Positions 35,201 to 48,500 of a DNA stretch of 64,000 nucleotides are shown here, piece after piece. This stretch comes from Raillietiella orientalis (Eukaryota), in the NCBI GenBank assembly GCA_036172245.1, contig JAYWIR010000005.1:3286001-3350000 (forward strand), given 5' to 3'. Position 1 is the first letter of the stretch. Each line of letters begins with the position of its first letter. The notes beneath the pieces were generated by a model. The model did no database searches and was not told where the DNA came from. It saw nothing but the letters and a program-made list of their open reading frames with translations. The position numbers and the translations under genes were made by a program.

Positions 35201-37899
35201 AGCAGTACCCCAGAACTTGACACTGGAATCGCCCTGCCCCCTGTGTGCACTTTCGGGCTTTTTGTTCAGCAGTATCAGGTTTCCTAACCATTTTTCTATC
35301 AGTGCTGAACACCGGGATGAACCCCCACTCATTACACAAAGTCTCCTTCTTTTATCCCTGCATGAGATGCTGGGAACAACTAGCTACCTTCCACTCGAAG
35401 TCGCTTCTTATCCACAGCTCCAATGTAGAATTTTTCTGCTCTGGCAACTGCAATGACACGCACCAAGGTGGTATAACGTGCTGTGCTGATAACTGCACAC
35501 CTTTATCCTTTTTTTAGAATTCTAAGGGAAGATTCTGAGTCCGATCAAAGGATGAATATCATAGTGAAGAGATGCCTTAGGTGGGGAGGAAATAACTTGA
35601 AGCATTTCTGCTTTCTTGGAAAAGAAATAAAATTTGAATGTTATGAGGTTCTAATGGATGAAAAATGCAATTTGATGGTTTTACTTAGTATATATGCATT
35701 TTTGCAACCAGGGATTTCAATGATTTAACTCCTTCCTGGGAAAGGGATGTTTAAAACGCCTCCCTAGTAATTTGCTGCTAGTTAATTTCTTTTCTGTCCT
35801 TTTTTATTGACACACCCTTATGTAGTTGTGCACTTCAGCAAAGCCGACTCTGAATTTTGATGTCGTTTGGTTACTGGCTGCTGGAAGTTCATCTTTTATG
35901 AAGAACTTCAATCAAATAATGATGTTGATTACTCGAACTAGCAGCACTTGTTGAAGATATCGCATGATTAATGATTGTCTGCAAAACCGACAAGTCTCCA
36001 TCCGAGTGATTAAAATTGCATGTAGGGACATGCAAATCAGACAAAAGACAACAGCAAAAGAGTTCTGAGTTTTGATTCCTATTGTGAATTGTGGTATTGT
36101 GATTCTAATAGGTTGTTGCAAGTACCACCAGAGTTTGCGTGTAGCTTCTCAGGGAAATCAAATCCCCCTACGACTACGAGGGGATAGTCGGCCCTTTCAT
36201 GGAAAGAACGTCGCCTTCTTGTGCTTTATCTTACACATGACCGATACAGCCAAATCTAGCATATAATAGAAGGCGGTTTGTGGTGTGCCCAATGCTCTCA
36301 ATATTCCTGGAGAATGTTGTTTTCGTTAGAGGCTGAACCAAAACCTTGTTTTTTGCTCTGTGAGATCCACGATCTTTTATACTTCAAACACCTTCTGTGA
36401 CAAAGAGTCACTGAAACTGTAAATTCAACTTCATAAATCTTTGGTCTCTAGGGTTTGAATAGGTTTTATGAGCCTTGGGCATTTTCTAGAAGTAACACGT
36501 CATGCCTTTTATAAGATTAGTTTCTGGATGAACAATTCTTCATGATTTTACTGTTTGAAGCAGTCGATGAGTTTTCTCTTTTCGAAAACAGTTATTCAGT
36601 TCCAAAGGACTGAACAGGCAGTGTAATGCAAGATTAAGAAGTTATGGAGTGAACTCTGCACGTAACCACAAACTAGAATTTGTTTCCTTGTCACGTTTGA
36701 GGTTACCTGGAATAATATATATATGCTAGAACCGAAAACGCATTGAGAGATGTGGAAAAGCGGATAAACTTCTTCGCACAACAATAAATGACACTGATCC
36801 CTGGGCAACTGCCAGGAGAATTGTGTCATTGTGTCATTCAACAATCTCAGAGCTCCCATGCTCACAAAAAAGGCACTGAAGAAACTGAAAGGTTTAATGA
36901 AGTTCAGATCCTTGTTCACTTTCGTTTCCTCTTTCGTTCCCTTCCACAAGCTCTTCTCTTGGAAAAGCGTTTTTACTTGGCTAATTTTGTTTTCCATCGA
37001 GAACAGATGAGTAATTTGCTGCTCATTTTTTTCCATAATGGCAAGTGCGTGAAATGGCCTGACACTGATGAGCTTCTTGCGTACGGATTTGAAGCAGCTG
37101 ACTCGGATCAAACCTGCACGTGCAACCTCGGATGAAATTTTCGACAGATTCTAATGATCATCAACAGATCACTCATTACGGGATTGTTATCAGGACATCA
37201 AGGAAGTTCTCATTCTAATGGAAATCGTGTATGCAAATTTGCATTACATGCATTATGCGTATATATCGAGACTCAAACGTATCAAAATCATCAGTGCCAA
37301 CAAAGCACTGACAAGGAAAATCAACTCACCTTTTTGAAATCAAGGAGGAGAAAAAGTACCAAGGATGACGATTCGTGGTTTCGTTACTTTTTGTATTCAT
37401 CTCGATATACACTGCATCTCAAGCGGAAACTTCGAGCCGTCATTGCAAGTCTTACAAGATTTTCCTGCGGTTTTGGATTTGCAGCTAATTCTTAGGTATT
37501 TATCCTGTTGATCAAAAAGTAATATTATATAATATTAGCTTATCTAATAAGAAGCTTCGTTATATTCATAGTAAATAGGGTGTTTGGGTTTGTTTGCTAA
37601 TGTGTGCTGACTTTAAATATTATTCAGTGTTCAGTGATTTGCAAAAGTGCTTCCATGACGATATAATGCCAGAGTTACAAGACTTCATACAAACATCCGA
37701 TTTTTTTAAAGGAAAATCTAAGGTTTCCATCGGATATTTCTGTTTCAAATCGAGGACGTGTGGACGTAGATTTGCATAGCATATTAAGAAAAGAAAAAAA
37801 AAATCAATGTAATGGAGGGAAGACGAATCGAAGAATCAACTTGTGTGTGTAAAACAGTTTTCAAGAGCTGAGATCCATGGAGTTTGCCGATGCATCTAT

Positions 37900-38200
37900 C
37901 ACACCTGAAGAAAGTATCGCACTCATACATCAAGTTTCTATGAACGTGTGAGTGGGTGGAGGTCCTGCCCAGGTATAGATTTCAGATTCCGCTGAATTTT
38001 AGAGCGAGCACATGCGTCATCACACATCAGCAGCTTGGAATCGTTCCGAAAGAACAAAATGGATTCTTTATCGAAAGAGTTGCTGATGGAGATGCCGTAG
38101 AGCAAAGTGCAGGCAATCGCGGGCAACCACTCGTGAAAGCCATATTTATTTGAAAATTTTGGATCCGAAGTTGCCCTCAACCACAACTATAGATTTGGAT
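37900..38200 (-). mobile_element. Possible decayed non-LTR RT fragment (clade uncertain)
   Basis: KYGFHE...ISNSFDKESILFFRNDSKL resembles QYGFR...IFLDxSKAFD. Confidence 0.3.
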
Positions 38201-38599
38201 TTGGAAATATTCTCCATAACCGTTCGTGCTCTCCTTCCTACTTCGAAACGGAAGTTGAGTACCGAGGATAGCACCAAAAAAAAAAAATGTTGCTCTGAGG
38301 ATGAAAATCAGTTTGGCATGATATTTTTGTGGGTTTTCAGGTGCCGAAAAGTACACATAGGAATGTACGTAGCAATGTACTGTGATGCACCTCCTACATT
38401 CCTCACGTAACTAGCAGCAGCTCCGTGGTACTTCTATAATATTTTTTTTGGAACCACGTCAAGACGCTCTAGCCTTTCACAGTTACCGAATTATTTTAAT
38501 GGAGAAGCATATGTGGAATCCTCATTTCTTATGTATTTCTCTGAGGAAGGGCGACTGCTAGCAAGAATTACAAGCATTTCTTGCTACGTAATAAAAGCT

Positions 38600-39050
38600 T
38601 ATCCTCCTTATTAATGACGAGACTGGATGCTCCAGGAGAGAATTCGAGGATGTGATGTCAATGTCCCCCTCTTCGACGCTCGGCACGCAGTTGAAATTTG
38701 GTGTAACCCACAGTCGAGTGTTTTTTCTGTTCGATTTTTCCTTCTGCGAAAGCCAAAGTATTTTGCGCACCTCCTGAAACATCTTCCGTCAAGAAGGCGT
38801 TGCCAGAGCAGCAGTGATCATCCGCTTGTTGAAAAATCACTAATTCTGAATTTCATTTCGTTTTTCGCTTTTCCAGCCGACTACGGGAGCGTGGGGGAGA
38901 CCTTTCTTCGGTACGCGCGACCCTTCCGCGTTTCTTTCATCATTCAAATCCGCTCGCATCACAGACGCAGCAGCAGCCGTTTGTTCTCGAAACCCTTTCG
39001 TTCTGTAAACCTCCTCGTGGAAGCTGAACGGTACAGACAGCAAAGCATAA
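38600..39050 (-). mobile_element. Possible decayed non-LTR RT fragment (RTE-like)
   Basis: FQQADDHCC...GKIEQKK resembles YADDxAL...GLxINxKKT. Confidence 0.35.
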
Positions 39051-39379
39051 ATAATTCCTCTAAAGATTCCGATCACTGTTCATCTCCTTACAGTTTGCCT
39101 TAAAAACCGTCCAGAAAAACATAAATTTTGCAGCAGTTTTAGAATTCTTGAAGAAAGAGCATTTCGAGGAGCCGGAATTGCCAGTGCAATTTACCTTTAC
39201 TTTCGAGGCATTCTTTCTTCTAAGCTTACGAGTGCTGCTTCGGATACCGGCGTGGAAATGATAGCATGACAAACAATCCTTAGGATCACTCTCTAGTCCT
39301 CAAAATGTGCACTTTAACACTAAAGAGGTGCATGTCTTTTTCATATGTGCAGTGGTCATGAGAGAGGGATGCTCAGAAA

Positions 39380-39800
39380 CAAACAGTCTCCAATTCCTTG
39401 CCCTCCAGTTCGTTTCAGCGGATTCCGATCATTAGCGTTTGTTTGAAGCTCCCGTTTCCCAGTTTCGTGCAAACACCCAGGGCGCAATCTGGAGCAGGAA
39501 ATGCCAGTGCATCCACACCTGCTGACTTGGGAGTGTCTGTTTGTTGGTTCCAGCTTTCTCCTCTCTGCCCACAAGCAGTGGAAACATCAGGCACCTGCGA
39601 TGGGTCCCCCCCTTTCGGAGAGACGAAGCTTGCGTTCATCGGGCAGGCAACTGAAGGAGGCTGCGGGATGGAACGCCTACTGAGGGAGCTGTAAATGTCA
39701 CAGTGCCGAGGGCTTCTGCAACACAGAACGCTCTTCGTAGAATACCAAAAAGCCCGCCTGCACTCAAAAGGAAGGTTTCCTTGCTTTCCAGTGGCTTCTC
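39380..39800 (+). mobile_element. Possible decayed L1/Tx1 post-RT fragment
   Basis: KLAFIGQATEGGCG resembles the xLxxPxxEGGLG motif. Confidence 0.25.
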
Positions 39801-40956
39801 GCGGTTTTCCCAATGCATCTAAAATCCTTAGACTGAACGAGAGTTCGACAAAAAGGAAGGAAAGAAAGAAAACTTGGACTGCAGTTTCCCCCCCCAAAAA
39901 TGAATGAAAATGGAAAAGAAAAAGGATGATTGATAGCTAAACGGTATGAGAGAGAAAAACTCCGGCCATGTCAAGGCTGAAGAAACCAAGAAGCTGCAGC
40001 GTTTTCGAATCTTCTGGATGGAACAACCATAAGGAAAGGAGTTGAAGAAGTTAAAGAAGACCTGAAGTTTCCAAGATAACGATACAACATCCGGGAATGA
40101 ACCCCTGATCTCCTATGAACCAGTAGAAACTTCTTGTTTAAGAGAGTGTGCTGCCGCAGCGTTTTCTTGTATCCATAGGCAGAAGTTTCTGTTGACAGAA
40201 TCTAAATAGTGGTTATAGATGAAGGTGACCATAAAGGAGTCCTGACTGAGAAAATACCAAATATCCAGGATGCCTAAAGAAAGGGGGGAAAAGCAAATCA
40301 ACGTCATTCGCTGGAAGAGTTTCTTGAGGATTCGAACCAAGCTCTGTTTTGAACAAACCAGTCGGACCAAGAAATGGCTCCCTGCTACCAGCAACTTGCG
40401 CGTGGATGAAAGGACGGAAACCGGTATTCTTGTGTAACACGTGCTTTGGAAGCCCAGAGACGTTTTCTTCCGGAAACTCGGGAGTTCTTGTAGGTGGCAA
40501 ATAAGGGGGATACCGAGGGGCTACCGCGGCCGGGAGCCAACAGCCTCCCGCCGTGCCACTTGCCTGCAAGCTTCCCGCTGACTGGCTCTGGTCTCGAAAG
40601 CTCTTCACCCCACGGTGACCTGACCGTGATCGCGGAGGATCACGACTCATCACGAGAAGAGCCAAGTGCTCCCCCTAATTAGCGTGATCCCATCTTTTGC
40701 TCTGCACGTCGAATGAGCATAGGTAAGAGCACAAGAAAAATCCGACGATGACTGCTATACATCTGGCGAATCAGTAGTCCAGGAGCTGACCAGCCTCGAA
40801 AGCTATGGACCGGCAAGTGCGGCTTGAGTGACTCTTTCTGCATCCTCTAAATAAATTACACGTTGAGCCACTCGTGCCGAAGGACGCTCCGTTTTACAGG
40901 GAAGTCAGTCGAATGCCCATCGATCACGACAGTGCAGCTGACTACTAACAGTGCGA

Positions 40957-42080
40957 CAACGGTGCTGCGAGAGTCCCTCCCCTGTCGGGAGCAGCCGCAG
41001 CTGCCACCGCCGCACCACCCGCAAGACTCGTCACCATTCCCTGAACACCTCCTCTCCCAGCCTCAAAGAGCGCTCCTTCATCGAGCAGGGCATCTCCCGG
41101 CAGCAGGGCTTCGCATGGCGACGCGCGCGCTCACCCCGCACGAGTCGCCCGGGCTTTGAACCTGCATCGGAAACCAAGGCGCCAATTTCGGCACCTTCGA
41201 TTTTGCCCTGCGAGGCCGGAGGCACCTCGCGGGAGAGCGGAAGCAGGAGCGCGGAACCGCCACGGCTCCCGGGCCGCGGGCCGCTCGGTGCGACCGGGCG
41301 GCTGGAGGGAAAGAAGGAACGCTCCCGAGATGGGTGCGTGCGCGCCACCGCCGGACGAGGCGCCGAGGAAGGCGGCGCAATATCCACTGCACGCACGTCT
41401 TCGTGAGGGTCGCTAGATCCTCACGAATCTAGCGATCCCGATAAGGCCCCATATGGGAAACATTCAGGAGGAACCTGCTGGTATCCTGCAGAGCATGAAC
41501 TGGACGTGTTCCCTTCCCGAACTCCTCGTAAATAGTTTCTTTTTCTATTTTTTTTCTCATATTTCTCTATCGACTTTTTTTTATCTTCTTTTGTTTATTC
41601 TTCTTCCCTGTGTTCCCAAAGCGGACCTTGAAACCAGCATGTTCTCTTAGATCCTTGGATGCGTTGGAACCTCGAGTCCCCCGCTGCTTCCCCCCCACTT
41701 TGATTGCAAGTTTCTTGGTAACAACAACAAACTTTCCGGAGTAGACTTCCAGACGCCGTTGCGACGGCGGAAGGAGCGAGCATGTGCGCGTGTCGGTGCG
41801 TGAAGCGACCAAGACTCTCTCTGGACGTCCTCCAAGGACCGGGAGCTGGCAGGCTCTCCTTGCTGCGCCATCAACTTTTCCCCTTAGGAACGGGCCGGAT
41901 GACACTCCAAGAATGGGAGGGGCACCCGTGCCCATTTTCCAGCCTGCCGACTGGATGGATTGCGAGCGCACTTTCTTGCAGATTCTCGGTCCAGAAGCGG
42001 GAAGATTTCGAAACCGATCTCCGGTCCTCCGGCTGAAATCTGCATGCAGAGAAAGCTCTGCTCTCCGCGTCACTTTTACC
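40957..42080 (-). mobile_element. Decayed Tx1-like LINE 3' portion, second copy (interrupted at ~41400-41780)
   Basis: 40957-41230 aligns by eye with 17245-17520 at high identity; 41812-41880 matches 17729-17790 (GGACGTCCTCCAA-GACCGGGA-CTGG-AGGCT). Confidence 0.65.
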
Positions 42081-42214
42081 ACTGTAAATCTTGAATCGTC
42101 GTAAATTTCCGGTATTTGACACGCATCCCTCCGTTAACCACCAAACCAGTTGAAATGACCGTGTAAAAAACACAGATCGAACACACACAACACACACAAT
42201 AATTCACAAGGAAA

Positions 42215-42258
42215 GTCGCGTTGGCCCTGCTTTTTGGCTAAGGTCAAAGCAGTAGCAC
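42215..42258 (+). pseudogene. U2 snRNA 5'-end-like fragment (degenerate)
   Basis: TTTTGGCTAAGGTCAAAG (42232-42249) matches U2 TTTTGGCTAAGATCAAAG at 17/18 and is followed by CAGTAGCA (U2: TGTAGTA). Confidence 0.45.
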
Positions 42259-42999
42259 GCTTTATTACATTCTTTTTTTTTCTTCGAAGATCAATTTGAA
42301 GATCTGCATCTTCTGCATTCGCGCTCACGCCGAAGTGGACCTGCTAGGAAACTGCGCGAGACAGGAAGATGGGAAGAACCCTCGGCATGTTGAGAGTCGC
42401 CACCGCCGTCTTCGCACGCGTCACGTCGCCAACACGTAACTCAGATGTCACTCAAACATCAGCTCTCACTTCAGTCTTCCCGAGTGTATTCTGCTTTGTC
42501 TTTCCGGTCCAGGTTGATTGGACCAGACAAGGAATGCTGGTCCATCAGAAACATCCTGTCTTTCCAAACGCAGACAAACGAGTGATGGCTTCTTCGTCGA
42601 TGCCTGGAAACAATGGACTGCGGCTCTGGAGGGAAAAAAAAAAAAAAGAATCCCACCCAACACCAGAAAGCTGCAAAGTCACAAGAACGCAGTCAGCGGT
42701 CCTCTGTTTTCTCCAGCACGACAGAGAGCAGCTGGAAGTTCCGTACTTCAGGAAATTCTTTTTTTGTTGTGCTGCCATGTGTGGAGGACGCCACCCACAC
42801 AAAGGTCACGTTGTCCACGTCGTCCCTTGTTTTCATCGCTGCTTCGCCTGCAGACAACATGAGAAAAGGCGCCCTCATTTCCGGCGGCGGCCTGGACCAC
42901 TTTTGTGACTTCGAGGTCCTGAGCGATTTCAGACGAGAAACTCCAAGCAAGACTTGCACCGGCTCTGCTCGTGATGATGAGTTCGTGATGTTCCGCCGT

Positions 43000-44350
43000 A
43001 GGGTCGCCGTCGCCGTGGGGCGAAGAGCCTTCGGGACCAGAGCTAGTCAGCCGGAAGCTCGCAGACAAGTGGCATCGCGGGAGGCTGTAGGTTCCCAGTC
43101 GCGGCAACCCCTCGCGATTCTCCTGCTCATCTGCCACCGGCGAGAACTCCCGGGTTTCTGGAAGAGAGCGCTTCGGAGTTTCCTGGACGCAGTCAAGAAG
43201 ACCCGGTTTTCGACGTAGTTGGATAGCTCCCTCTTCCTCGGAGCGAACCATAAGACGTTGATGGGAACACGTTCGTCCTGCCCGGAAGCAACCGCTGGAG
43301 GAGCACAGGGTGCTCCACCACCGCGAGTTCACCAAACTGTAGCGGAGCTCCACCGCCATTTCCGCTTATCTCGAAGGGGGCGGACGAGGCGCGATCTCGT
43401 CGCCAAGGCTACGCCACCCGGATCGCACCTACCGCACCACTCTCTCTTCGCCGCGGGTGACGCGCTCTCGTCCAAGAGCGCGCGAGGTCGTGAACTCTTG
43501 CGCGTTCGGAGGAACCCCCCATCGAGCGACCCAATGGATTCCGGCTCTCCGGGATTTCCGCGGTCTTCGAGCTCAGAGCACAATCCCCTGGGTCGGAGGG
43601 AGAGTCTACCCCGGAACTACCGGGAACGCTTGGGTCCGTCCGCCAAGCCCCAGGAACGCGACTTTTAGACTCCGGCTCTCTCGGTGCCTTCATCGCAGTT
43701 GGCCCTCTCCCATCGGCCCCTTCCCCCTTTCATGGCTTCCAGCGATTTCCAAATGCCGCTGAGTAGGTCCCTTTGCACCGACCTTGCTCGCCCTGGAACT
43801 CATCCGATGGAGCGCCTGTATCTGGGGCTCACGCGTCTCTCTCTTGAAGGTGGCGCCAGGGGGCGTCGGTGTCCGCCTGGAAACCGGCCTTTCCCGAGAT
43901 CCCGGAGTCACGCGAGCTTTTTTCTCTCTCCGTGTCAGCCCTCCGGGTGGCGCGTGCGCTCTCCGGTCACGCCGTCGCGCCACCCGAAGGCCTGGCACGG
44001 AGAGAGAAACCTCGCGTGACCCCCCGGGATGTCGGGAAAGGCTGGTTGCCAGGCGAACACCGACACACCCTGGAACGACCTCACGAGGGACTCCCTTTCG
44101 ATGGTGGAGGTTCTCAGAGTTCGGACACTGAGCAACGCGCAGTGTCCCCCCCCCCACCCTGTCCCCCATTCCTGCACTCGCTCCACGGGTGCGACGGCAC
44201 GGGACACAAAGTGGCACCGTTGTCGTCCGACAGAGACTTCCTGGCGGCTGCTTCCGGTCCTTGTCGCATGCGAACAGCCGCTGCCTGCCTGAACGCACAC
44301 GCGCTCCCGAACTACTACGGCAGACGCTTGACTCCCCCCCACTCACCCAT
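43000..44350 (+). mobile_element. Decayed Tx1-like LINE RT fragment
   Basis: KRALRSFLDAVKKTRF, GAQGAPPP, SLFAAGD, RNYRERLG (NWEERI-like), ALSVPSSQLAL and CIWGS in collinear order. Confidence 0.5.
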
Positions 44351-45879
44351 CCCCAATTGTTCGATCAGCGGCGAAGCGATCGCGATCGCGTCTCAGCTGG
44401 GATTTTCCCATTGATCTTTGCCACAATGTGCGTCAGCAACGCAGTCACCGACACATTCATCCATTCATCGGGAAGCGCATTCAGCAAGAGAGCCTGCACA
44501 CAGTGCGCGCGCGCGTGCGTGAGCGTGCGCGCACACACGTCTCAGGGACACGGCCGTGCGCGCGTCTACGCAGGGCGTGTTGCGTGCCAGCGCGCGCAAC
44601 CCGCAACACAGCTCTGCGCGGCGGCAGGATCGGCGAGGGACATACACGCCAGACTCCCGCTACTGCTAGGGGAATCCCCGCAGGCACAGAAAAGTGTAAC
44701 AGGCGGGAAAAGAGGGGGTAGGGTGGGGAATCGCCTCTCGCACGCGCGATCTACGCCCCCCCCCCCACCTCGCCGGCCAGATGGCAGACGCAAAGCGGTC
44801 GTACCGGGAACAGGTTTTCCGGGTCGCTCCACAGCACTCTGGTGCTGGAACACACACGCAGCACACGGGGAGGCTGCATTCGGCCTTCACGTGAGGTTCC
44901 GGTGAGCGCTCCTGGCGCAGTGACCAGGTGCCAGGGAGTCCGATTAGAGGAATTTTGGGCACCACCACCAGCCTTGAGCTGCCGGCCGCGGGCGCGCGCC
45001 GAAGTCGTGGAAGGGGCGGTGGAGGAAGATAAAACAAATAAATAAAGATGGCAGATGGGAAAGGAAAGTGAAAGTGGAAAAATTTCGAACGCGGGTCCCC
45101 GTGCGAAGGAAGTGGTTGGGTCACCTCAGCGCGAGGACTTGATTTTCGAAGAAACCCCAGGGAGTTTTCTGGACCAGAAAAAAGAAGGCCGGTAAAGGGA
45201 TCGAGGAGGACGCTGACGAGTCTCGGATGCGCTTTCGAGCACACCCTGAACTAGGGCCGCCCGCGGATACCCAGGAGCGAGGATCGGCATCTGCATCTCG
45301 AACAGAGGACAAACAGCCGTTCCCTTTTCAGCCTTCAAGAGGCGGCAATATCGCTCCTTGGTGACCGTCCTGCCATGGTGACTTCCTAGTGCCCTTTGTT
45401 CAAAGCACCACGAAGGTCAAAAGGCAACTCCGGTGCACCTGCCGTATCCTAAGAATCGCATTCGCAGTTCGCAAGCGGAACTGTAAAGAGCAAAGGAACG
45501 GCATTGTTTCCAGAAGAGATTCCAGGAATGCCCAGAGCTCACTCCGCGCGAGGGGACTCGCATTACGCGAAGAGCAAGAACTGGCTGTGGAAATCGGTCG
45601 GAAGAGGCTCCTCGATTCTCAACATGGCAAGCATCGCTCAGGTAGACCTTCATCTCATTGTGCCTGAAGATGCACTTGCTAGAGCATCATGAGGTTATTT
45701 CGCGTATCCGGGGCTCACGAGAAACTCCCTCGTACCGTTGATTGTTTCCTGGGAGAAACCGGTGTGTCTGCAGCCCCAAGGCTGCTTCCGAGCTAGCGTC
45801 TGCTCAGTGGATCAGGAAGCGTTGATCACAGTGAGATGCTCAGGTGGGACGGCGCACCTGAAGTCTCCGATCCCAATCC

Positions 45880-46210
45880 TCAAGGACCTCCTCTGGATGC
45901 GAGCGACGAGATGAAGCGGACGACTGACCCAATGACACCGAGAGAAAATACGGGGATTTCGACCGGTGGGAAAAGATGGTCGCTGAGGCGTCTCACGGAA
46001 AAGCAGCACTTCCGCTTGCTTTGGTTCTTCGGAGGGCATTTCCTTGAGAACGACCATCTCGTCTCTCCGTTTGGATTCGTAAAGCGAATTCGGAATCGAA
46101 AGATCGGTAGAAGTCTGCTATTGTATTTCCTGCTGGCGTCTCGATTCTCTCTCAGACCAACCTCTGCAGGTGAAGCACTTGAGCCCATATTGGTAGCTCC
46201 TCCCATCGCT
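45880..46210 (-). mobile_element. Decayed LINE endonuclease C-terminal fragment
   Basis: FTNPNGETRWSF...LSDHLFPPVEI contains the SDH motif of APE-type endonucleases. Confidence 0.4.
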
Positions 46211-47189
46211 GGTGTCTGAAAAGCAAGAGATTTATCTTAATTCACTGGTCTTCAGGCAAGTCCAACTCTTCAGAGTTTACGAGGGAGAGGGAAGTGCGAC
46301 GAGTGGAACCCTTGTGGAATTTGTATCTGCAACGGATGCTCTTTTGTCATTTCCTCAATGAAGCAGGGCTGCTAAGTGGCACTTCCATCCTTCTCAGCAG
46401 CCACTTCCTTCTCTCTGCATCCAGTATACCGAAGTCACGACAGGAGTTCTGGAGATAATCTGGAAAATCGAACTTTCTTGTGTGTGGCTGCAGTCACAGG
46501 AGCGACGCGATGCGGTGTCCGTCGCACTTTAACGCTCAACCGGAACTCTTCTCATCTCTTCTCGACACCTCTGCCAAAGCACTCTGATCTGAGTCGCCAG
46601 TTGGGTGTCCACGACACTCCAGAAACTGCTAGGTTGCTTTTTGGTTGGTCTTCCAAGAATCGCCTAGAATACACGGGCATTCGATGAATGAAGAAAAAAA
46701 GATGGTACATCTTTCTAGCAAACACGCACCTCCCCTCAGGGTGATGGACCTTGAAACACTGCACCAATGAAGTCTTACCGCGCTGACTGAATCCAGCAGG
46801 CTAACTTCAAGTCCAGTGCTTGCTTTCAAAAAATGGATTCATAATAATGATAATTATAATAACGGAACGCGTGGCGAATGAGTACATGCCGAAGGCATCG
46901 ATGTGGAGCAGAAATGGAAGGATGAAGCATGGAGATCTGAAACTATTTTCAGTGGAAACATTTTTTTTTAGCGAGGGAACTCGAACGAAAGGAGAACGCC
47001 GCGCTTCCCTCCTCACTCTGCAAACGAATTTTGCCTCCGTGTCCTTCTACATAGAAGGAAAGTAGGTGGAAGTTCTTGGACACCATTCGCAGCTGGAGAC
47101 AAAGCACCTCGAAGATCTAACGAAATAGAATCCAGATTCAAAAAGACACAAAGAGAGACAAGAGACGCGAGGAACTTCAGCTCTTTTCA

Positions 47190-48500
47190 ACAGGATTCAC
47201 CCTGTCAGATGCTCTGCTTTTGTTCTCATCGCTTGCTAGGAACCCAGATAATTGTCTGGCGCTCCCATTCTTTAGGTTGGAGTGCCCGGAACCTCCACTC
47301 AAAACCATAGGGTAGACCTCGACGATTCCAACGAAGCCCACACAATCTGAGGTGGACTCTCCAGCTAATCCCTCTCTACAGTATTCTGCCATTTCCGTTC
47401 GGAATGTGCCAAGAGCCTCCACCGCGAGCCCTCCTAAAGGAAACCCCCTGGGAATCCTTCCCCCGGTACTGAATCTAAAGACCCTCTTCAGGTTCAGAAT
47501 CCGCGCGAGTGGAAACCAACTTGCCCGCGGCTTTTAAATTTCACGTACCATCTGCTTCGCAGCTCAACCAATTCACCATTCTCTTGCAAGGACGTTCCCT
47601 AGGAGGCACCTTGACACTGCGTTGTATTCTGGGAAAGTTGCTTGCGACGAGGAGAACTACTACGAAGGTTCCAAAGGCACGTCTGAAATGCAGGTGCAGC
47701 AGTGCGTTCCCCCTGCCGTCTTTCGGAAGCACGAATCCAAATAGCCAAGGTGCATCCAAGGAGATGAGGAAGATTTCTGAAAATTCACCCCTTCGTTCTT
47801 TGGTTTCCAAAAAGAAGTATTTTCTGAGATCGAGTATTCATCAGCTCCGGTTTGCACTATTTGTCCCCAGCCCGGTTCCAGATAAAGTGACTCTCGAAGG
47901 AGACATTCAACTGTCCACAGGGCTATCGGATGGATGTCTTATGCTTTGCTGTTGCTTTTTTATCCGCTTCTGTTGCAATGTATAACTGCTGATGATGGGG
48001 GGGTTTCCACCGTCTATGCAATACGGTCATCCTCTCTGTTCGATCCTCCGAATGGGGATGCAGGTCTTGGGCGGGCTGCTCAGGATTAGCGAGGCTACCC
48101 ATTGCGTCCATTTCCGGCCCCACAGATACATCTCGAGAGCACTGGATGTTGGAACACACCATCTCTTCCCTGAGGTCCTCCGCTTGGGATCTTCAGTCGT
48201 TACTTGGGTTCCCTGATCCTAAGGATCCCATGATGAGTGCTCATATCGGACTGATGGAGTGCCAGAGAAGATGCTGAGAACTGGCTCACAGCATCTTCTC
48301 TCCTTCCGTTTTCTTGGGTCTTGGACAAGTTGCCTGCCGAGCCTTCCCAAAGAGATCAATTTTTGGCTGTTCTTCAGGCACCCACCATTTCTCCTGAGAA
48401 CTACGAGAGCCATCAACTCCCAGGACTCCGGGTCACTGAAAACCCAAAACGAGTATCTTGAATGGATGTCTCCACGGAACGGTGTCGAATATTCTAGATT
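47190..48500 (+). mobile_element. Decayed L1-like LINE RT/post-RT fragment
   Basis: SDALLLF, NPLGILPPVLNLKTLF, LQGRSL...ILGKLL, LYSGK, FPLPSF and SLPKEINFWLFFRH in order. Confidence 0.5.

Noticed and set aside
35020..35600. Acceptor-like sites on the + strand (TTTATTTGCAG, TTTTTTTAG)
   Set aside because: Could belong to a divergent lncRNA, but nothing in the sequence alone supports a transcript.
42360..42900. Possible LINE endonuclease-RT linker on the minus strand
   Set aside because: Only a vague SFFFF-type motif driven by a poly-A run; not supportable.
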